Shown here piece by piece: positions 62,885-64,000 of a DNA stretch of 64,000 bases; the first letter of the stretch is position 1, and the number at the start of each line of letters is the position of its first letter. The stretch spans positions 128,001 through 192,000 of the forward strand of contig JANOQI010000016.1 in assembly GCA_031414775.1 (NCBI GenBank), read 5' to 3'. Made by a program: the position numbers and the translations under genes. Origin of the DNA: Synechococcales cyanobacterium VAR_4_metabat_354. GTDB taxonomy: Bacteria; Cyanobacteriota; Cyanobacteriia; Cyanobacteriales; Chamaesiphonaceae. Under the pieces are notes generated by a model. That model ran no database searches, was not told the origin of the DNA, and worked only from the letters and a program-made list of their open reading frames with translations.

Positions 62885-63250
62885 ATGAAAAAGAATCTCA
62901 CCAGTGTCGTTACTGCTGCTGCTGCTATATTTTTAGGCGCTTTACCATCTTTTGCGGGTGATCAAAAAGCTCCCGCAGCTACTAATGGTTCTAACGCAAA
63001 CTTTGGTATAGATAGTCCTATTCCGACACCAAGCTTGGTGCCAATAGCTGCTACGGCTATTAACGGCCTGGCTCAAGCTGAGTTCTTGCAGCAAAAATTT
63101 GCAGAGGACAGAGCGGCCGCCGAGAAAAAACTCGCAGCAGATAAGGCTGCGGCCGAGCAAAGCGATGCGCTAAAAAATCTCACTGAAAATGAAACTATTG
63201 CTGTTGCGCCAGAGCCAGTTGAATCAACTGAGATGCTCACACTGGATTAA
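62885..63250 (+). CDS. Secreted hypothetical protein, paralog of 62174-62653
   Basis: MKKNLTSVVTAAAAIFLGALPSFA signal; shares NGSN.FG, LAQAxxLQQ, RAA and ETIxVAxEP with the previous gene. Confidence 0.75.
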   Translation: MKKNLTSVVTAAAAIFLGALPSFAGDQKAPAATNGSNANFGIDSPIPTPSLVPIAATAINGLAQAEFLQQKFAEDRAAAEKKLAADKAAAEQSDALKNLTENETIAVAPEPVESTEMLTLD

Positions 63251-63257
63251 CTTACCG

Positions 63258-63929
63258 CTAATTAAATCCAGCAATTAAGCCTGTAAAAAGACCTAAACCA
63301 TCGATACTACCCAGCTTGCTATCAGCGGCTCTTTCGGGGTGGGGCATCATTCCCAGTACGTTTTTTTGCTGGTTACAGATTCCAGCGATATTATTAAGCG
63401 AGCCATTCGGATTATTGCCCGCATAGCGAAATAAAATTTGCTGATTATCTTCTAGCTGTTGGATAGTGTCGGGTTCAGCATAATAGCAACCCTCACCATG
63501 AGCAATCGGTAAAGAAATCTCAGGCTGATTTTTATAGTCTGTTGTCCAAGGTAAGTCGGTCTTGGTAACGCTCAAAGGTACCCGGTCGCAGATAAAGTGT
63601 AAATCGCGATTGCGCACTAAGGCTCCTGGCAATAGACCCACTTCTGTTAAAACCTGAAAACCGTTACAAATTCCTAATACATACTTGCCTTGCTGGGCAT
63701 GATTCACCACTGCTTTCATCACCGGCGAAAACCGAGCGATCGCGCCACAGCGCAAGTAATCGCCATAGCTAAAGCCCCCTGGTACCACCACCACATCGAT
63801 ATCTGCAATGTCGGTGTCCTCGTGCCAAACCATCCGGGTGGGCATTTTTAACAGATCACGAGTAACATAGGCTACATCTCGATCGCAGTTGGAGCCAGGA
63901 AATACCACAATGCCAAATTTTATAGTCAT
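63258..63929 (-). CDS. purQ: Phosphoribosylformylglycinamidine synthase subunit PurQ
   Basis: [42 protein letters not shown]. Confidence 0.97.
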   Translation of the reverse strand: MTIKFGIVVFPGSNCDRDVAYVTRDLLKMPTRMVWHEDTDIADIDVVVVPGGFSYGDYLRCGAIARFSPVMKAVVNHAQQGKYVLGICNGFQVLTEVGLLPGALVRNRDLHFICDRVPLSVTKTDLPWTTDYKNQPEISLPIAHGEGCYYAEPDTIQQLEDNQQILFRYAGNNPNGSLNNIAGICNQQKNVLGMMPHPERAADSKLGSIDGLGLFTGLIAGFN

Positions 63930-63932
63930 GAG

Positions 63933-64000
63933 CTAGACAGCAGGAACAAGTTCAAAACGGTAGTTTTCGATGACTGGATTGGCCAGGAGCTGGTCACAGA
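63933..64000 (-). CDS. purS: FGAM synthase subunit PurS, 3' end (partial)
   Basis: Hand translation CDQLLANPVIENYRFELVPAV*, directly upstream of purQ. Confidence 0.9.
   Translation of the reverse strand, partial: CDQLLANPVIENYRFELVPAV

Overview
Ordinary chromosomal backbone of a phycoerythrin-containing cyanobacterium. It is rich in CGATCG/GCGATCGC (HIP1-like) words and carries rpmI-rplT, fabG, prs, folD, glgC, metK, trpC, lpdA, rpsD, thiG, rplI-dnaB, cysS, purQ/purS, tRNA-Thr(CGT) and tRNA-Ser(TGA). I found no transposase, integrase, phage gene or CRISPR array. The most interesting elements are: (1) a co-oriented pigment cluster crtW-ocp-cpeE-atypical linker-'mini-OCP', where the last gene looks like an OCP duplicate with its N-terminal extension fused directly to the C-terminal domain and the effector domain deleted, and no frp is present; (2) a four-gene cluster at 59.9-63.3 kb encoding an outer-membrane beta-barrel and three secreted low-complexity proteins, two of them clear paralogs, possibly an uncharacterised surface-fibre or export system; (3) a CysRS with an internal membrane-anchoring CAAD/CURT1-like insertion; (4) a multi-stem structured RNA candidate just upstream of a 2TM gene; (5) a TetR/tautomerase cassette with two visible operator copies. 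All family calls come from motif recognition by eye; no searches were run.
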